Source of the DNA: Alphaproteobacteria bacterium
GTDB taxonomy: Bacteria; Pseudomonadota; Alphaproteobacteria; MPNO01
Direction of reading: 5' to 3'
Assembly (NCBI GenBank): GCA_965248835.1
Contig: CBDFLJ010000001.1
Span: 544,001-608,000, forward strand
Length of the DNA stretch: 64,000 nucleotides
Position 1 is the stretch's first letter; each line of letters starts with the position of its first letter. Positions 10,201-18,869 of the stretch are shown here, one piece after another. A model generated the notes under the pieces. It did no database searches. It was not told the origin of the DNA and was given only the letters and a program-made list of their open reading frames with translations. Made by a program: the position numbers and the translations under genes.

Positions 10201-10409
10201 AAATCGAGCCTGGCGCCGATCACCAGCCGCATGCCGGTCTCACGCGCGGCCACATGGGCGCGCACCACCCCGGCCAGCGTGTTGCGATCGGTCACCGCGA
10301 CCGCGGCGAGGCCGAGCGCGGCGGCGGTCCGGACGATCTCCTCGGGATGCGAGGCGCCGCGCAGGAACGAGAAGTTGGTCGTCACCTGGAGCTCGGCGTA
10401 GTCGGCCAT
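7206..10409 (-). CDS. dnaE2: Error-prone DNA polymerase DnaE2 (ImuC)
   Basis: YAELQVTTNFSFLRGASHPEE, GRGSAANS, PDIDIDFEH, YGFPESHA, C-terminal SRDFH; alternative GTG start at 10418. Confidence 0.97.
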   Translation of the reverse strand: MADYAELQVTTNFSFLRGASHPEEIVRTAAALGLAAVAVTDRNTLAGVVRAHVAARETGMRLVIGARLDFGDAPSLLCLPRDRTAYGRLSRLLTIGRRRAPKGSCEIGLADLLEHATGQILIVLPPVAPDGSIDPGFEDHLVSLRRRIGPAVHLAASHLYRGDDRARIGHLAAVAARADAPLVATNDVHAHAPARRRLADVLTCIREHCTIDQAGYRLAANAERHLKPAGEMVRLFRGHEDAVARSLEIVEACAFNLDMLRYEYPDDEAPPGTTPQGELERLTWEGAAWRYPDGIPERVAGQLAHELALIGDLDYAPYFLTVHDIVRFACSQSILCQGRGSAANSAVCYCLGITAVDPSRVDLLFERFVSAERNEPPDIDIDFEHERREEVIQHIYKKYGRERAGLAATVIHYRFRSAVREVGKALGLSGDTIAALAGTVWGWRSGGVNEDHIREVGLDPDDERLAMTIALTRELTGFPRHLSQHVGGFVITRGPLSEVVPIANAAMKDRTTIEWDKDDLDALRILKIDVLGLGMLTCIRKGLDLLRDHYGRDLDLAGIPAEDPAVYDMLCEADSVGVFQVESRAQMTMLPRLRPRNFYDLVIEVAIVRPGPIQGDMVHPYLRRRRGEEAVDYPTEALRSVLAKTLGVPLFQEQAMKIAIVAAGFTPSEADRLRRAMATFRRVGTIQTFHEKLVKGMVANGYEAAFAERCFKQIEGFGEYGFPESHAASFALLVYVSAWLKCHHPDIFAAAILNSQPMGFYAPAQLVRDAREHGVPVRPVDVNHSDWDCTLEETDAGGAGGRALRLGLRQIKGFSQDHAKALAAARSAPHPRPFADPADLGRRAALPVAALERLARADAFGSTGRTRRQALWAVRAFEPDPPPLFATTGQGRADAPFALPVMSLGEEVAEDYAAVRISLKQHPLALMRIAFADAGAVPAARLAALADGARVTVAGLVLVRQRPGTASGVIFITLEDETGIANLVVWPKTFERYRREVMAARLLQVTGELQREGIVIHVIARRLEDHTERLRALATGQAPISPPHARAEKIPGAAARAARHYPSRDFH

Positions 10410-10414
10410 CGCGC

Positions 10415-12022
10415 TCACCCGAACAGGCCGTGGAGGAACCAGGCGGGCGCCGCGCCGGGACGGTAGAGGCCTTCGCGGTAGAGCCAGAAGCGCCGGCCCT
10501 CGCTGTCCTCGATACGGTAGTAGTCGCGCAGGGCAGCCGCGTCGTCCGTCTCGGGCGCGCGCCACCATTCCGGCGCGATGCGCTCGGGCCCCTCGGCGCG
10601 GCTGACGCGATGGAGCACCCGGCGCCAGCGGAACATCAGCGGCGGGTCGTCCGGGATCGGCGCCACCGCTTCGATCGGCTCGGGCCGGACCAGCAGGCGC
10701 AGCGGGCGCGGCGCGGCCGGCCAGGCGGCGGCACCCGCGCGCCCCGCCGCCCGCAAGGCGGGCCGGGCAGCCACCGCGCGTTCGGGCACGTGGCTTTCGC
10801 GTGCGGCCAGGCGGACCACCCGCGCAGGCCCCAGCCGGTTGGCCAGCCGGTCGATCAGCGCGCCGGCACCGGGGTCGCCAGCACCGGTCCGCCCGTCCTC
10901 GAACGTCGTCTGGGCCGCGCCCTGGCAGTCGGTCTCCGGTGCCGCGAGCGTCATCGCCTCGATGCCGAAAGCGGTCTGGAGCCCGGCCAGCGGCTCGGCG
11001 AACAGCCGGGCGAGGTGGCCGGTATCGCGCGAGGGCCGGCTGGTGCCGACGACGAAGCGGTGGAAGGCGCCGTCGGGCTCGAACAGGGTGAGCACCACGC
11101 GCCTTGCCCCGCGCCGGCGGCGGGCGAGGCCGCAGGCCAGCCGGGCGAGCAGGCGCTCGAGCGCGGCTGCGATGTCGTCCGCCGTCGCAATCGGCTCGGC
11201 GAAGCCCAGCCGGGCGAAATGGGGCTCGGCCGGGGCATCGGGCGACAGCGGCTCGCCGGCGTCGCCCAGCGCCGCATCGAGCCGGGCTGCGAGCGCGGAC
11301 CCGAAGCGCGCGGCGACGCTCGCACGCGGCAGGTCGAGGACCGCGCCCACGGTCCTCAAGCCCAGCGCATCCAGCGCCGCGACCGTCTCGGGCGCGATGC
11401 GCAGCGCGGCCGTCGGCAGCGGGGCGAGGAAAGCGCGCGCGCCGCCCTCGGGCACGATTGTCCAGCCCGGCCGGCCGGCCGCTTCGCCGGTCGGGAACCG
11501 GGCGGCCGCCCACGCCGCGCCCGGGGTATCGGCGAGGCCGGCGCGGGCGGTGTAGCCGGCTGCGCCGAGCCGCGCGGTCAAATCGCCGAGCAGGGCGGGC
11601 TCGCCGCCGAACAGGTGGGCGCAGCCGCTGACGTCGAGCCAGAGCCCGCCCGCCCCGCCGATCGTCTCCGCCGGGGCTGACTCGGGCGTGGTCCAGGGGC
11701 TGTAGCGGCCGCACCAGCCGGTCAGGCGCTCGAGCGCCGCGGCATCGCCCGGCGGATCGCCGGTCACGGTCTTTAGGCCCTGCAAGATCGCCCTGGCATC
11801 GACGAGCGGCAGCCCCGGGTGCAGTCCGGCCGCGCCGGCCGCCGCATCGAGCCCGGCCAGCACCAGCCGGCCGTCGACCTCGACCGTGGTCGCCAGCGGC
11901 CGGACGGACGGCCGGGCCGGGCCGGGCTGTTCGGAACCGGCTCTAGCCGGCCGCGCGCGGGCGCGCCGGTGCAGCCGGTCGGTCGCGAAGCGGGGCAGCC
12001 AAAGCGAGATCACGCGTTTCAT
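10415..12022 (-). CDS. imuB: ImuB, Y-family polymerase-like accessory protein
   Basis: KRVISLWLPRFATDR, WCGRYSP, LDVSGCAHLFGGE, GPERIAPEWW, RDYYRIED, WFLHGLFG; lies between imuA and dnaE2. Confidence 0.95.
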   Translation of the reverse strand: MKRVISLWLPRFATDRLHRRARARPARAGSEQPGPARPSVRPLATTVEVDGRLVLAGLDAAAGAAGLHPGLPLVDARAILQGLKTVTGDPPGDAAALERLTGWCGRYSPWTTPESAPAETIGGAGGLWLDVSGCAHLFGGEPALLGDLTARLGAAGYTARAGLADTPGAAWAAARFPTGEAAGRPGWTIVPEGGARAFLAPLPTAALRIAPETVAALDALGLRTVGAVLDLPRASVAARFGSALAARLDAALGDAGEPLSPDAPAEPHFARLGFAEPIATADDIAAALERLLARLACGLARRRRGARRVVLTLFEPDGAFHRFVVGTSRPSRDTGHLARLFAEPLAGLQTAFGIEAMTLAAPETDCQGAAQTTFEDGRTGAGDPGAGALIDRLANRLGPARVVRLAARESHVPERAVAARPALRAAGRAGAAAWPAAPRPLRLLVRPEPIEAVAPIPDDPPLMFRWRRVLHRVSRAEGPERIAPEWWRAPETDDAAALRDYYRIEDSEGRRFWLYREGLYRPGAAPAWFLHGLFG

Positions 12023-12797
12023 CACGCCATTCCACGTCCCAGGTCCCAGGCATTCCGCCGCGGCAGCGAAACAGCTCCAGCCGCCAGCGCAGCGGCGCGA
12101 GCCCGGTGGTGAAACCCTCGCCGGGCACCGCTTTGCCGGGCACCGGGCCGATGCGCCAGCGGGTCAGCGCCGCGCTGGGCGCATCGCCGACGGCCGACGG
12201 GCGCAGCATCAGGGCGGCCACGCCGCGGCTTTCGGCGGCGAGCTGCAGCCGCCTGGTCTGGCTGAGCGAGGCCTTGCACACCGCGCCCACCACCGCTGCG
12301 AGGGCCGGGCAGCGCAGCCCTTCCTCCATCGCCCACAAAGTCTCGGCATCGCGTCCGGTGGAGGCGACGATCAGCCGCGCCGGGTCGAGCCCGAAGCGCC
12401 TCAACCCCGGGGCATACAGCATCCCGGCATCGAGCACCCGAGGGGCTTCGCACCACAGCACCGCCGCGCTGCCGGCATCGGCAAGGCGGGCGCAGAGCAG
12501 GGCGCAGAACGCGCTCGCCATGCCGGCATCGGCGGCCACCACGTCATGCAGCCCGCCGGCGGCGAGCCCGCCCCAGGGCAGGCGCGCATCGATCGCGGCG
12601 ACGCCGAGGGCGAGCGCCGGAGTGTCGCGCCCGGCCATCGGCCCGCCCTCGATGCGCCGGACCGCTGCGCGAAGCCGTTCCAGCCCCGCGCGGTCGACAG
12701 CCCGGCGATGGGCCGCGATGCGGCCCCGATCGCGTCCAGGTGCCGAGGCTGGCGGCGGCGAAGACGGTCCTTCGACGAGGCGGATGTCGGGGGGCAT
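11943..12797 (-). CDS. imuA: ImuA, RecA-like mutagenesis protein
   Basis: GVAAIDARLPWGGL, YAPGL, LWAMEEGLRC, RRLQLAAE, SAALTRWRI; GGAG SD favours ATG 12797 (ORF open to 12809). Confidence 0.92.
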   Translation of the reverse strand: MPPDIRLVEGPSSPPPASAPGRDRGRIAAHRRAVDRAGLERLRAAVRRIEGGPMAGRDTPALALGVAAIDARLPWGGLAAGGLHDVVAADAGMASAFCALLCARLADAGSAAVLWCEAPRVLDAGMLYAPGLRRFGLDPARLIVASTGRDAETLWAMEEGLRCPALAAVVGAVCKASLSQTRRLQLAAESRGVAALMLRPSAVGDAPSAALTRWRIGPVPGKAVPGEGFTTGLAPLRWRLELFRCRGGMPGTWDVEWRDETRDLALAAPLRDRPAAPARPRAAG

Positions 12798-12810
12798 CAC
12801 GGACTCCATT

Positions 12811-12836
12811 GTTCGCTTTATGTTCTATTATTGTTC
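12811..12836. promoter_or_regulatory. Tandem alphaproteobacterial LexA (SOS) boxes, GTTC-N7-GTTC-N7-GTTC
   Basis: GTTC at 12811, 12822 and 12833, each separated by 7 nt, directly upstream of imuA. Confidence 0.9.
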
Positions 12837-12850
12837 CTGTTTGGAGTCAA
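12822..12850 (-). promoter_or_regulatory. Putative sigma70 promoter of imuA-imuB-dnaE2
   Basis: Minus strand TTGACT-N17-TAGAAC, overlapping the LexA boxes. Confidence 0.6.
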
Positions 12851-12932
12851 GCTTTTCCAATCCGGCCAAGGTTGAGCCCCGCGTCGGCATCGCCTAGAAA
12901 ACGCCCGCCACGCAGATGCGGAGACCCTGCCG

Positions 12933-13781
12933 ATGGACCGGACCATCGCCCCCGACACCTCCGAGTCGCTTCGCGCGCGCCTGCGCGTCTGGACCGAGAC
13001 GCCGCGGTTCCGCTACGCGATCCTCGCGCTGATCCTCTTCAATGCGATCTCCCTGGGGCTGGAGACCTCGCCCAGCGTCGTGGCGGCCACCGGCGGTGCG
13101 CTGCGGATCCTGGACGCCGCGGTGCTCACGGTCTTCGTGGCCGAGATCCTGATCCGGATCTACGCCCACGGCCCAGCCTTCTTCCGCGATCCGTGGGGGG
13201 TGTTCGACTTCGTGGTGGTCGGCGTCGCGCTCGCCCCGGCGGGCCAGGGCTTCGCCGCGCTGCGGGCGCTGCGGGTGCTGCGCGCCTTCCGGCTGGTCTC
13301 GGCGGTTCCCCGGATGCGCCGGGTGGTCGAGGCGCTGCTGCGCGCGGTGCCGGGGATCGGCGCGGTCGGAGCGCTCCTGATCCTGGTCTTCTACGTTTTC
13401 TCGGTGATCGCGACCAACCTCTACGGGGCGGACTTCCCCGAATGGTTCGGCACCATCGGGCGCTCGATGTTCTCGCTGTTCCAGATCATGACCCTGGAGA
13501 GCTGGTCGATGGGTATCGTTCGCCCGGTGATGGCGATGCACGATTACGCCTGGGCGTTTTTCGTCCCGTTCATCATCGTGTCCAGCTTCACGGTGCTCAA
13601 CCTGTTCATCGCCATCATCGTGGATTCGATGCAGGCACTCCACGATGCCGAGCGCGCGCAGACCGTCGCCGAGGTCACCCATGTCGTCGACACCGATGCG
13701 CACCTGGTCTCGGCCGAGATCGCCAGCCTGCGCAGCGAGATCGCGGCGCTCAGAACCAGCCTCGAGAAGCGCGGACGCTGA
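12933..13781 (+). CDS. Bacterial voltage-gated sodium channel-like ion transporter (BacNav/NaChBac family)
   Basis: S4 sensor RALRVLRAFRL, filter FQIMTLESWSMG, LNLFIAIIVDSM, C-terminal coiled coil. Confidence 0.93.
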   Translation: MDRTIAPDTSESLRARLRVWTETPRFRYAILALILFNAISLGLETSPSVVAATGGALRILDAAVLTVFVAEILIRIYAHGPAFFRDPWGVFDFVVVGVALAPAGQGFAALRALRVLRAFRLVSAVPRMRRVVEALLRAVPGIGAVGALLILVFYVFSVIATNLYGADFPEWFGTIGRSMFSLFQIMTLESWSMGIVRPVMAMHDYAWAFFVPFIIVSSFTVLNLFIAIIVDSMQALHDAERAQTVAEVTHVVDTDAHLVSAEIASLRSEIAALRTSLEKRGR

Positions 13782-13801
13782 AGCCCGCCGGCCAGACTCT
13801 G

Positions 13802-13830
13802 TTGCCGTGCAGGCGGTCTTTCAGTATCAA
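13802..13830 (+). promoter_or_regulatory. Putative sigma70 promoter of lptD
   Basis: TTGCCG-N17-TATCAA in the intergenic gap. Confidence 0.45.
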
Positions 13831-13888
13831 CGCTAGAGGTCGGAAACGCTTCCAGGCGTCCTACCGCCAATTCTCCAGCCGGGCCGAC

Positions 13889-16099
13889 ATGTCCAGACTG
13901 CGGCGCTGCGTTCTGCGACGGATCTTCGTGGTGACGGTCATGGGTACCGTCGGGCTGGTCGTGGCAGTCTCGTTCCACGCCGGCACCGCCCTGAGCGTTC
14001 TCGCCCAGCCCGTCCCGCCCGACGACGGCCCGGTCCTGTTCAAGTCCGACAGCCTGTCCTACGACCGGGAGCGCGAGACGGTGACCGCGCGCGGCAACGT
14101 CGAGATCATCCGGGACGAGCGCATCTTGCGCGCCGACCAAGTGGTCTACGACCGCAAGGCCGACAGGGTGACCGCCACCGGCAACGTCTCGATCCTCGAG
14201 CCGTCGGGCGATGTGATGTTCGCCGACAGCTTCGAGGTCTCCGGCGATCTCAAGGACGGTGTGGCCGAGGGCATCAGACTGCGGTTCGCCGACGACGCGC
14301 GGCTGGACGCCGCCGGCGGTCGGCGCGTGGGCGGCACCCGCACGGAGCTGGACCGGGCCGTCTACTCGCCCTGCCCGCTGTGCGAGGACGATCCGACCAA
14401 GCCGCCGACCTGGCAGGTGAAGGCGGACCGGGTGGTCCACGACCGCACCGCCAAGGAAGTGGTCTATCGCGATGCGACGCTGGAGATGTGGGGCGTACCG
14501 GTACTCTATATGCCCTACCTGTCGCACTCGGACCCGACGGTCAAGCGCAAGACCGGCGTGCTGGCGCCGGTCTTCGGCCGCGACACCGCGCTCGGGCTGA
14601 CCGCCCAGCTACCGGTGTTCATCAACATCGCGCCCAACAAGGATGCGACGCTGACGCCCATCATCACCTCCAAGGAAGGGGCGGTGGGGCTCCTCGCATA
14701 CCGCCACCGGTTCGTCGGCGGCCAGTTCTCCGGCGAGGGCAGCCTGACCGAGGCGAGCACCCAGACCCGGTCCTCGGCCATCCGCGGCCACTTCGACGGC
14801 GGCATCCGCTATGACATCGACGACTCCTGGCGGACCGGGCTCGACATCGCCTTCGCCTCCGACGACACCTATCTCGGCCGCTACGACTTCTCCTCGGAAA
14901 AGACGCTGACCAGCAACCTCTTCGTCGAGAGGTTCGGCGGGCGCAGCTACTTCGCCGCCAACGCATACCGGTTCCAGGGCCTGCGGGAGAGCGATGCCCA
15001 GAAGACGATTCCGCTGGTGCTGCCCGAGATCGACTACAGCTTTTTCGGCGCCCCCGACCGGCTCGGCGGCCGGCTCAGCGTCGATGCCAATCTCCGCGCA
15101 CTGGTGCGTGATACCGGCGGCCAGAGCGTCCGTCTGTCGCTCGACAACGGCTGGACCCTGCCATACACCACCGCGGACGGACAGCGGCTGACGCTGTTCG
15201 CCAGGCTCCAGTCCGACGGTTACTGGCTCAAGGATCAGCCCGATCCGGACGACCCGGGGCGACGGTTCCAGGGCTTCTCCGGCCGGCTTTTCCCACAGGT
15301 CGGGCTCGACTGGCGGTATCCGTTGGTCCGCCAAGGCCGCTGGTTCTCGGAGGTGCTGGAGCCGGTCGTCGGCATCATCGCCGCGCCCGACGGCGGCAAC
15401 CCCTCCAAGGTGCCCAACGAGGACAGCCTCGACCTGGAGCTCAACGAGACCAACGTCTTCTCGCGCTCGCGCCTGACCGGGCTCGATCTGGTCGAAAACG
15501 GGCAGCGGGCCTATTACGGCGCCCAGCTGCGCCTGATCGCGCCCAACGGCCAGGGCGCGACGGCGTTCCTTGGCCAGAGCTACCGTATCGGCGGCAGCGA
15601 CCTGTTCCCCGTCGGCTCGGGCCTGGAGGACGACTTGTCCGACATCGTCGGGCGGTTCTCCCTGGACGCGGGCAAGCTTGCGCGCATCCTCTACCGCTTC
15701 AGGTTGGACGGCGAGGACATCACGGCCGATCGCAACGAGCTCGAGGCCGACATCGGGACCGACGATCTGAGGCTGAGCGGGAACTACCTGTTCATCAGAG
15801 GCCAGCCGACGCCCGGCGGGGTCGCCGACCGCGAAGAGGTGAGCTTGCGTCTGGCGGCCAGGATCGCCGGGAATATGCGGCTCGTCGGCTCGACCCGCCG
15901 CGACATCGCCGCGAAGCGCGCGCTCAGGCACCGGGTCGAGGTCGGCTACGAGGATGACTGCTTTGCCGTGACGCTGAGCTTCACGCGCGACTTCACCGAG
16001 GACCGGGACATCCGCCCGACCGATTCGGTTTCCCTGCGGATCAACCTGCGCACGCTCGGGTCCGCCGGCGGCAGAACCCGACCACGCGCGGACCAATAG
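13889..16099 (+). CDS. lptD: LPS-assembly protein LptD
   Basis: Signal-like N-terminus, OstA-type domain (ARGNVEI, VYSPC..C, PTWQVKA), DPTVKRKTGVLAP, PNEDS, YEDDC, C-terminal barrel strand RINLRTLG; exact start uncertain. Confidence 0.9.
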   Translation: MSRLRRCVLRRIFVVTVMGTVGLVVAVSFHAGTALSVLAQPVPPDDGPVLFKSDSLSYDRERETVTARGNVEIIRDERILRADQVVYDRKADRVTATGNVSILEPSGDVMFADSFEVSGDLKDGVAEGIRLRFADDARLDAAGGRRVGGTRTELDRAVYSPCPLCEDDPTKPPTWQVKADRVVHDRTAKEVVYRDATLEMWGVPVLYMPYLSHSDPTVKRKTGVLAPVFGRDTALGLTAQLPVFINIAPNKDATLTPIITSKEGAVGLLAYRHRFVGGQFSGEGSLTEASTQTRSSAIRGHFDGGIRYDIDDSWRTGLDIAFASDDTYLGRYDFSSEKTLTSNLFVERFGGRSYFAANAYRFQGLRESDAQKTIPLVLPEIDYSFFGAPDRLGGRLSVDANLRALVRDTGGQSVRLSLDNGWTLPYTTADGQRLTLFARLQSDGYWLKDQPDPDDPGRRFQGFSGRLFPQVGLDWRYPLVRQGRWFSEVLEPVVGIIAAPDGGNPSKVPNEDSLDLELNETNVFSRSRLTGLDLVENGQRAYYGAQLRLIAPNGQGATAFLGQSYRIGGSDLFPVGSGLEDDLSDIVGRFSLDAGKLARILYRFRLDGEDITADRNELEADIGTDDLRLSGNYLFIRGQPTPGGVADREEVSLRLAARIAGNMRLVGSTRRDIAAKRALRHRVEVGYEDDCFAVTLSFTRDFTEDRDIRPTDSVSLRINLRTLGSAGGRTRPRADQ

Positions 16100-16139
16100 A
16101 GCGGATTGCGAACACGCTCCGACGACGGGCGGGCGCCGG

Positions 16140-16865
16140 CTATTCCGGCAGGTAGGCGGCGAGCTCCCGCTCCGTCGCCTTGGCGTCGCGGGCCAAGTTC
16201 TCGGCTATTCCCTGTGCCATGGCGTCGGGGTAGAGGTCCTCGACATCGGCCCTAATGGCCTCGATCACCGCAGCGGCGATGTCCTCGGGCTTGGCCAGCC
16301 CGCCCGGCGTCATATCGGTGTCGACCGAGCCCGGCATGACCGCCAGCACGTGCGTCCGCTGGGCAGCGAGTTCCGCGCGCACGCCGTGGGTCATTGAAAG
16401 TCCGGCGGCTTTGGAGGCGCAATAGGTGCCGATCGCCGGGATGCACACCCGCGACAGCACGGACAGCATGGCGACGATCATGCCGCCGCCATTGGCCGCC
16501 AGCACCGGCGCGAAGGCCCGGACCATCGACAGGGTGCCGAAATAGTTCGTCTCCATCTCCGCGCGCGCGTTGGCGATCGCATCGGCCTCGCCGATCAGCG
16601 GCCGGTTGCGGTTGACCCCGGCGTTGTTGATCAACAGCGTGACATCGCCGCAACGCGCGGCGGCTTCCGCGACCTGGCCGGGATCGGTGATGTCGAGCGC
16701 CAGGGTCCGGACCCTCGCGCCGTCGGCCAGATCGGCGGCCTTGGCCGGATCGCGCGCCGTGGCGTATATCCTGGGCGCCCCGGCCGCGACCAGGCACTTG
16801 ACGATCTCCCGTCCCATGCCGCGGTTCGCGCCGGTGACGAGCGCTGTTGCTCCGGTGATGTCCAT
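16140..16865 (-). CDS. Short-chain dehydrogenase/reductase
   Basis: TGANRGMG, INNAG, YCASK. Confidence 0.9.
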   Translation of the reverse strand: MDITGATALVTGANRGMGREIVKCLVAAGAPRIYATARDPAKAADLADGARVRTLALDITDPGQVAEAAARCGDVTLLINNAGVNRNRPLIGEADAIANARAEMETNYFGTLSMVRAFAPVLAANGGGMIVAMLSVLSRVCIPAIGTYCASKAAGLSMTHGVRAELAAQRTHVLAVMPGSVDTDMTPGGLAKPEDIAAAVIEAIRADVEDLYPDAMAQGIAENLARDAKATERELAAYLPE

Positions 16866-16883
16866 CGCGTGCTGCTTTCCGGC

Positions 16884-18122
16884 CTAGTCCGCGGGCTCGC
16901 TTTCCTTCCAGCGCGCCATGAGCTGGTTGGATTCAACGGCGTTGGTATCGACCATCTTTCTGGCCACGTCCTGCCCGCCGACCGGCAGGTTGGCCGGGTC
17001 CAGCAGCCCGACCTGGACCAGTACCGAGGCCTGATCCCAATAGATGTGCTCGTGATAGAGCTTGTCGCCGCGGAAGTTGATGATGCCGACGGTCGGCACT
17101 TCGACATACTTGCCGGTCGGCGGGACCCCCGGCAACAGCCAGTCGATCTCCCGATCGTGGGTGAAGCACAGCAGCATCTCATCGACCACCCGGTCGGCGC
17201 CGACGGTGCGCGAGACCGGAATCAGCTTCGTGTCGTCCGGGTTCGCGTGCACGAAGTGATTGAGATAGAACCGGTGCAGGCTCTTATGGCCGACCCCGCC
17301 GGTCATCGTCGGGATGTGGTTGACATAGGGCTCGGGAACCATGGTCGCCATGGTCGCGTCCACGTCGCGGACGATGAACTCGTACTCGCAGTGCTTGTCC
17401 CACAGAGCGCTCAGGTCGTAGTTCGGGCCCATCGTCCGGCGCAGCGCGGCAATCGTGCGGCTGTGGGCCATCGAGACCGACGGCTTGTCGAAGACCTCGC
17501 GGTCCTGGTTGTAGAAGCCATGATCGGCGCCGGGATAGGCGTAGATCTCGACATCGGTCCGCTCGGCGAACGCCCCGCGCAGGGCCGCCACGCCCTCGGG
17601 CGGCATCAACTTGTCGAGCTCGGGGCAGTGGAAGACCATCGGGCAGGTGATCTTGTCCGCCTCGCCCAGCAAGTCTGGCAAACCGACGCCGTAGAACGAG
17701 ATCGACACCGCCGGGTCCAGCCTGGCCGCGGTCAGATAGGCGAGCTTGCCGCCGAGGCAGAAGCCCATATAGCCGATCTTGCCGGTGCATTCGGGCAGGC
17801 GCGCGAGCGCGTCCATCGCCGCCGCGATGTCGTCGATCCCCTGATCGATGTCGAACTGCCCCATGTACCCGAAGGCCGTGGCGAAATCGGCCTCCGAATA
17901 GGTCAGCGTGATGCCCGGCTCGATCCGCCAGAACATGTCGGGCACTAGGACGACATAACCCTCCTGGGCGAAGTCGTCGGCCGTCGCCCGCATGGTCGGG
18001 TTGACCCCGAAGATCTCCTGGCCGATCACCAGCCCCGGGCCGGAGCCCGCATCCGGCACCGCGAGATAGCCATTGAAGCGCTCGCCGTCGCGGGCGGTGA
18101 TGTCGATCATGCGGCCTGTCAT
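16884..18122 (-). CDS. Dienelactone hydrolase fused to a SnoaL-like/ester-cyclase domain
   Basis: QEIFGVN, GFCLGG, YPGADHGF; C-terminal PYVNHIPTMTGG...HEHIYWDQASVL; SD GGAGG before ATG 18122. Confidence 0.9.
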   Translation of the reverse strand: MTGRMIDITARDGERFNGYLAVPDAGSGPGLVIGQEIFGVNPTMRATADDFAQEGYVVLVPDMFWRIEPGITLTYSEADFATAFGYMGQFDIDQGIDDIAAAMDALARLPECTGKIGYMGFCLGGKLAYLTAARLDPAVSISFYGVGLPDLLGEADKITCPMVFHCPELDKLMPPEGVAALRGAFAERTDVEIYAYPGADHGFYNQDREVFDKPSVSMAHSRTIAALRRTMGPNYDLSALWDKHCEYEFIVRDVDATMATMVPEPYVNHIPTMTGGVGHKSLHRFYLNHFVHANPDDTKLIPVSRTVGADRVVDEMLLCFTHDREIDWLLPGVPPTGKYVEVPTVGIINFRGDKLYHEHIYWDQASVLVQVGLLDPANLPVGGQDVARKMVDTNAVESNQLMARWKESEPAD

Positions 18123-18169
18123 CGGTCTGCCTCCATGGAGCCCCGGCGGGCGAGTGACCACCTTGCCTT

Positions 18170-18197
18170 ACTATAAGAGGAAACGGGGTAGCGCCAA
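18170..18197 (-). promoter_or_regulatory. Putative sigma70 promoter of the dienelactone hydrolase-SDR pair
   Basis: Minus strand TTGGCG-N16-TATAGT. Confidence 0.4.
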
Positions 18198-18270
18198 GGC
18201 TTTCCCGGCTCGGCCGTCGCCGGCGCGCGGTCTGCCGATCTGCGGCAGCACACCGGTCGTCCGGTCCCGC

Positions 18271-18765
18271 TCAGCCCTGGTAGAGGCCGCGGGCCTTGTG
18301 CCAGTCCTCGATCCCCTCGTCGGGATAGAGGTCGAAGGATTTGACGTTTGGGCCCTGGCCGGAATCCGCCCACGACGCGGCATAACGGGTCATCAGTACC
18401 GTGTGCTCGTCGGGCCGCGGCAGCGTCGTGTCGATCGCCGAGGCGAAGGGGTAGACATTGGCAGGCCAGTCGGGGGCAGCAACCCACAGCGCGCTGCCGC
18501 AATGTTTGCAGAAGCTGCGCCGGGCCGGGCTCATCCCGTCGTCTTCCAGACGGTTCCGCTCGTTGGATCTCGCGCGGTAAACGGCGATCGCACCTTCGCC
18601 CTCGACCTTCAGCGTCGCGGCATCGCCCATGATGTTGACCGCATACCCGCCGCCGCCGGCGGTCTTGCGGCAGACCGCGCAATAGCAGCGGTTGTAGGGG
18701 TAGGGGGTGTGCGAAACGACGCTGAACCGCACGGCTCCGCAATGACAGGATCCTTCAAGCAGCAC
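18271..18765 (-). CDS. GFA/CENP-V family Zn-binding protein
   Basis: GSCHCGAVRF, CYCAVCRK, FCKHCGS. Confidence 0.9.
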   Translation of the reverse strand: MLLEGSCHCGAVRFSVVSHTPYPYNRCYCAVCRKTAGGGGYAVNIMGDAATLKVEGEGAIAVYRARSNERNRLEDDGMSPARRSFCKHCGSALWVAAPDWPANVYPFASAIDTTLPRPDEHTVLMTRYAASWADSGQGPNVKSFDLYPDEGIEDWHKARGLYQG

Positions 18766-18869
18766 GTCCCGGCCTCCCTGATCTGAGCGCTGCCGCAGGG
18801 TACGCCGGGCGGTGGCCTCGGGGCGAGTCCTTGTGCCCCGAACCGCGCCCGCGCATGATCGCGCCGGCC

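Noticed and set aside
7206-11714. 1502-aa ORF suggesting a giant DnaE2 fusion
   Set aside because: The first ~435 aa are Arg/Pro/Ala-rich off-frame translation of imuB; DnaE2 homology begins at MADYAELQ (10409)
12740-16099. 1119-aa ORF suggesting an extended LptD
   Set aside because: The extension is an alternative frame over the ion channel gene; the signal-like sequence begins near 13889
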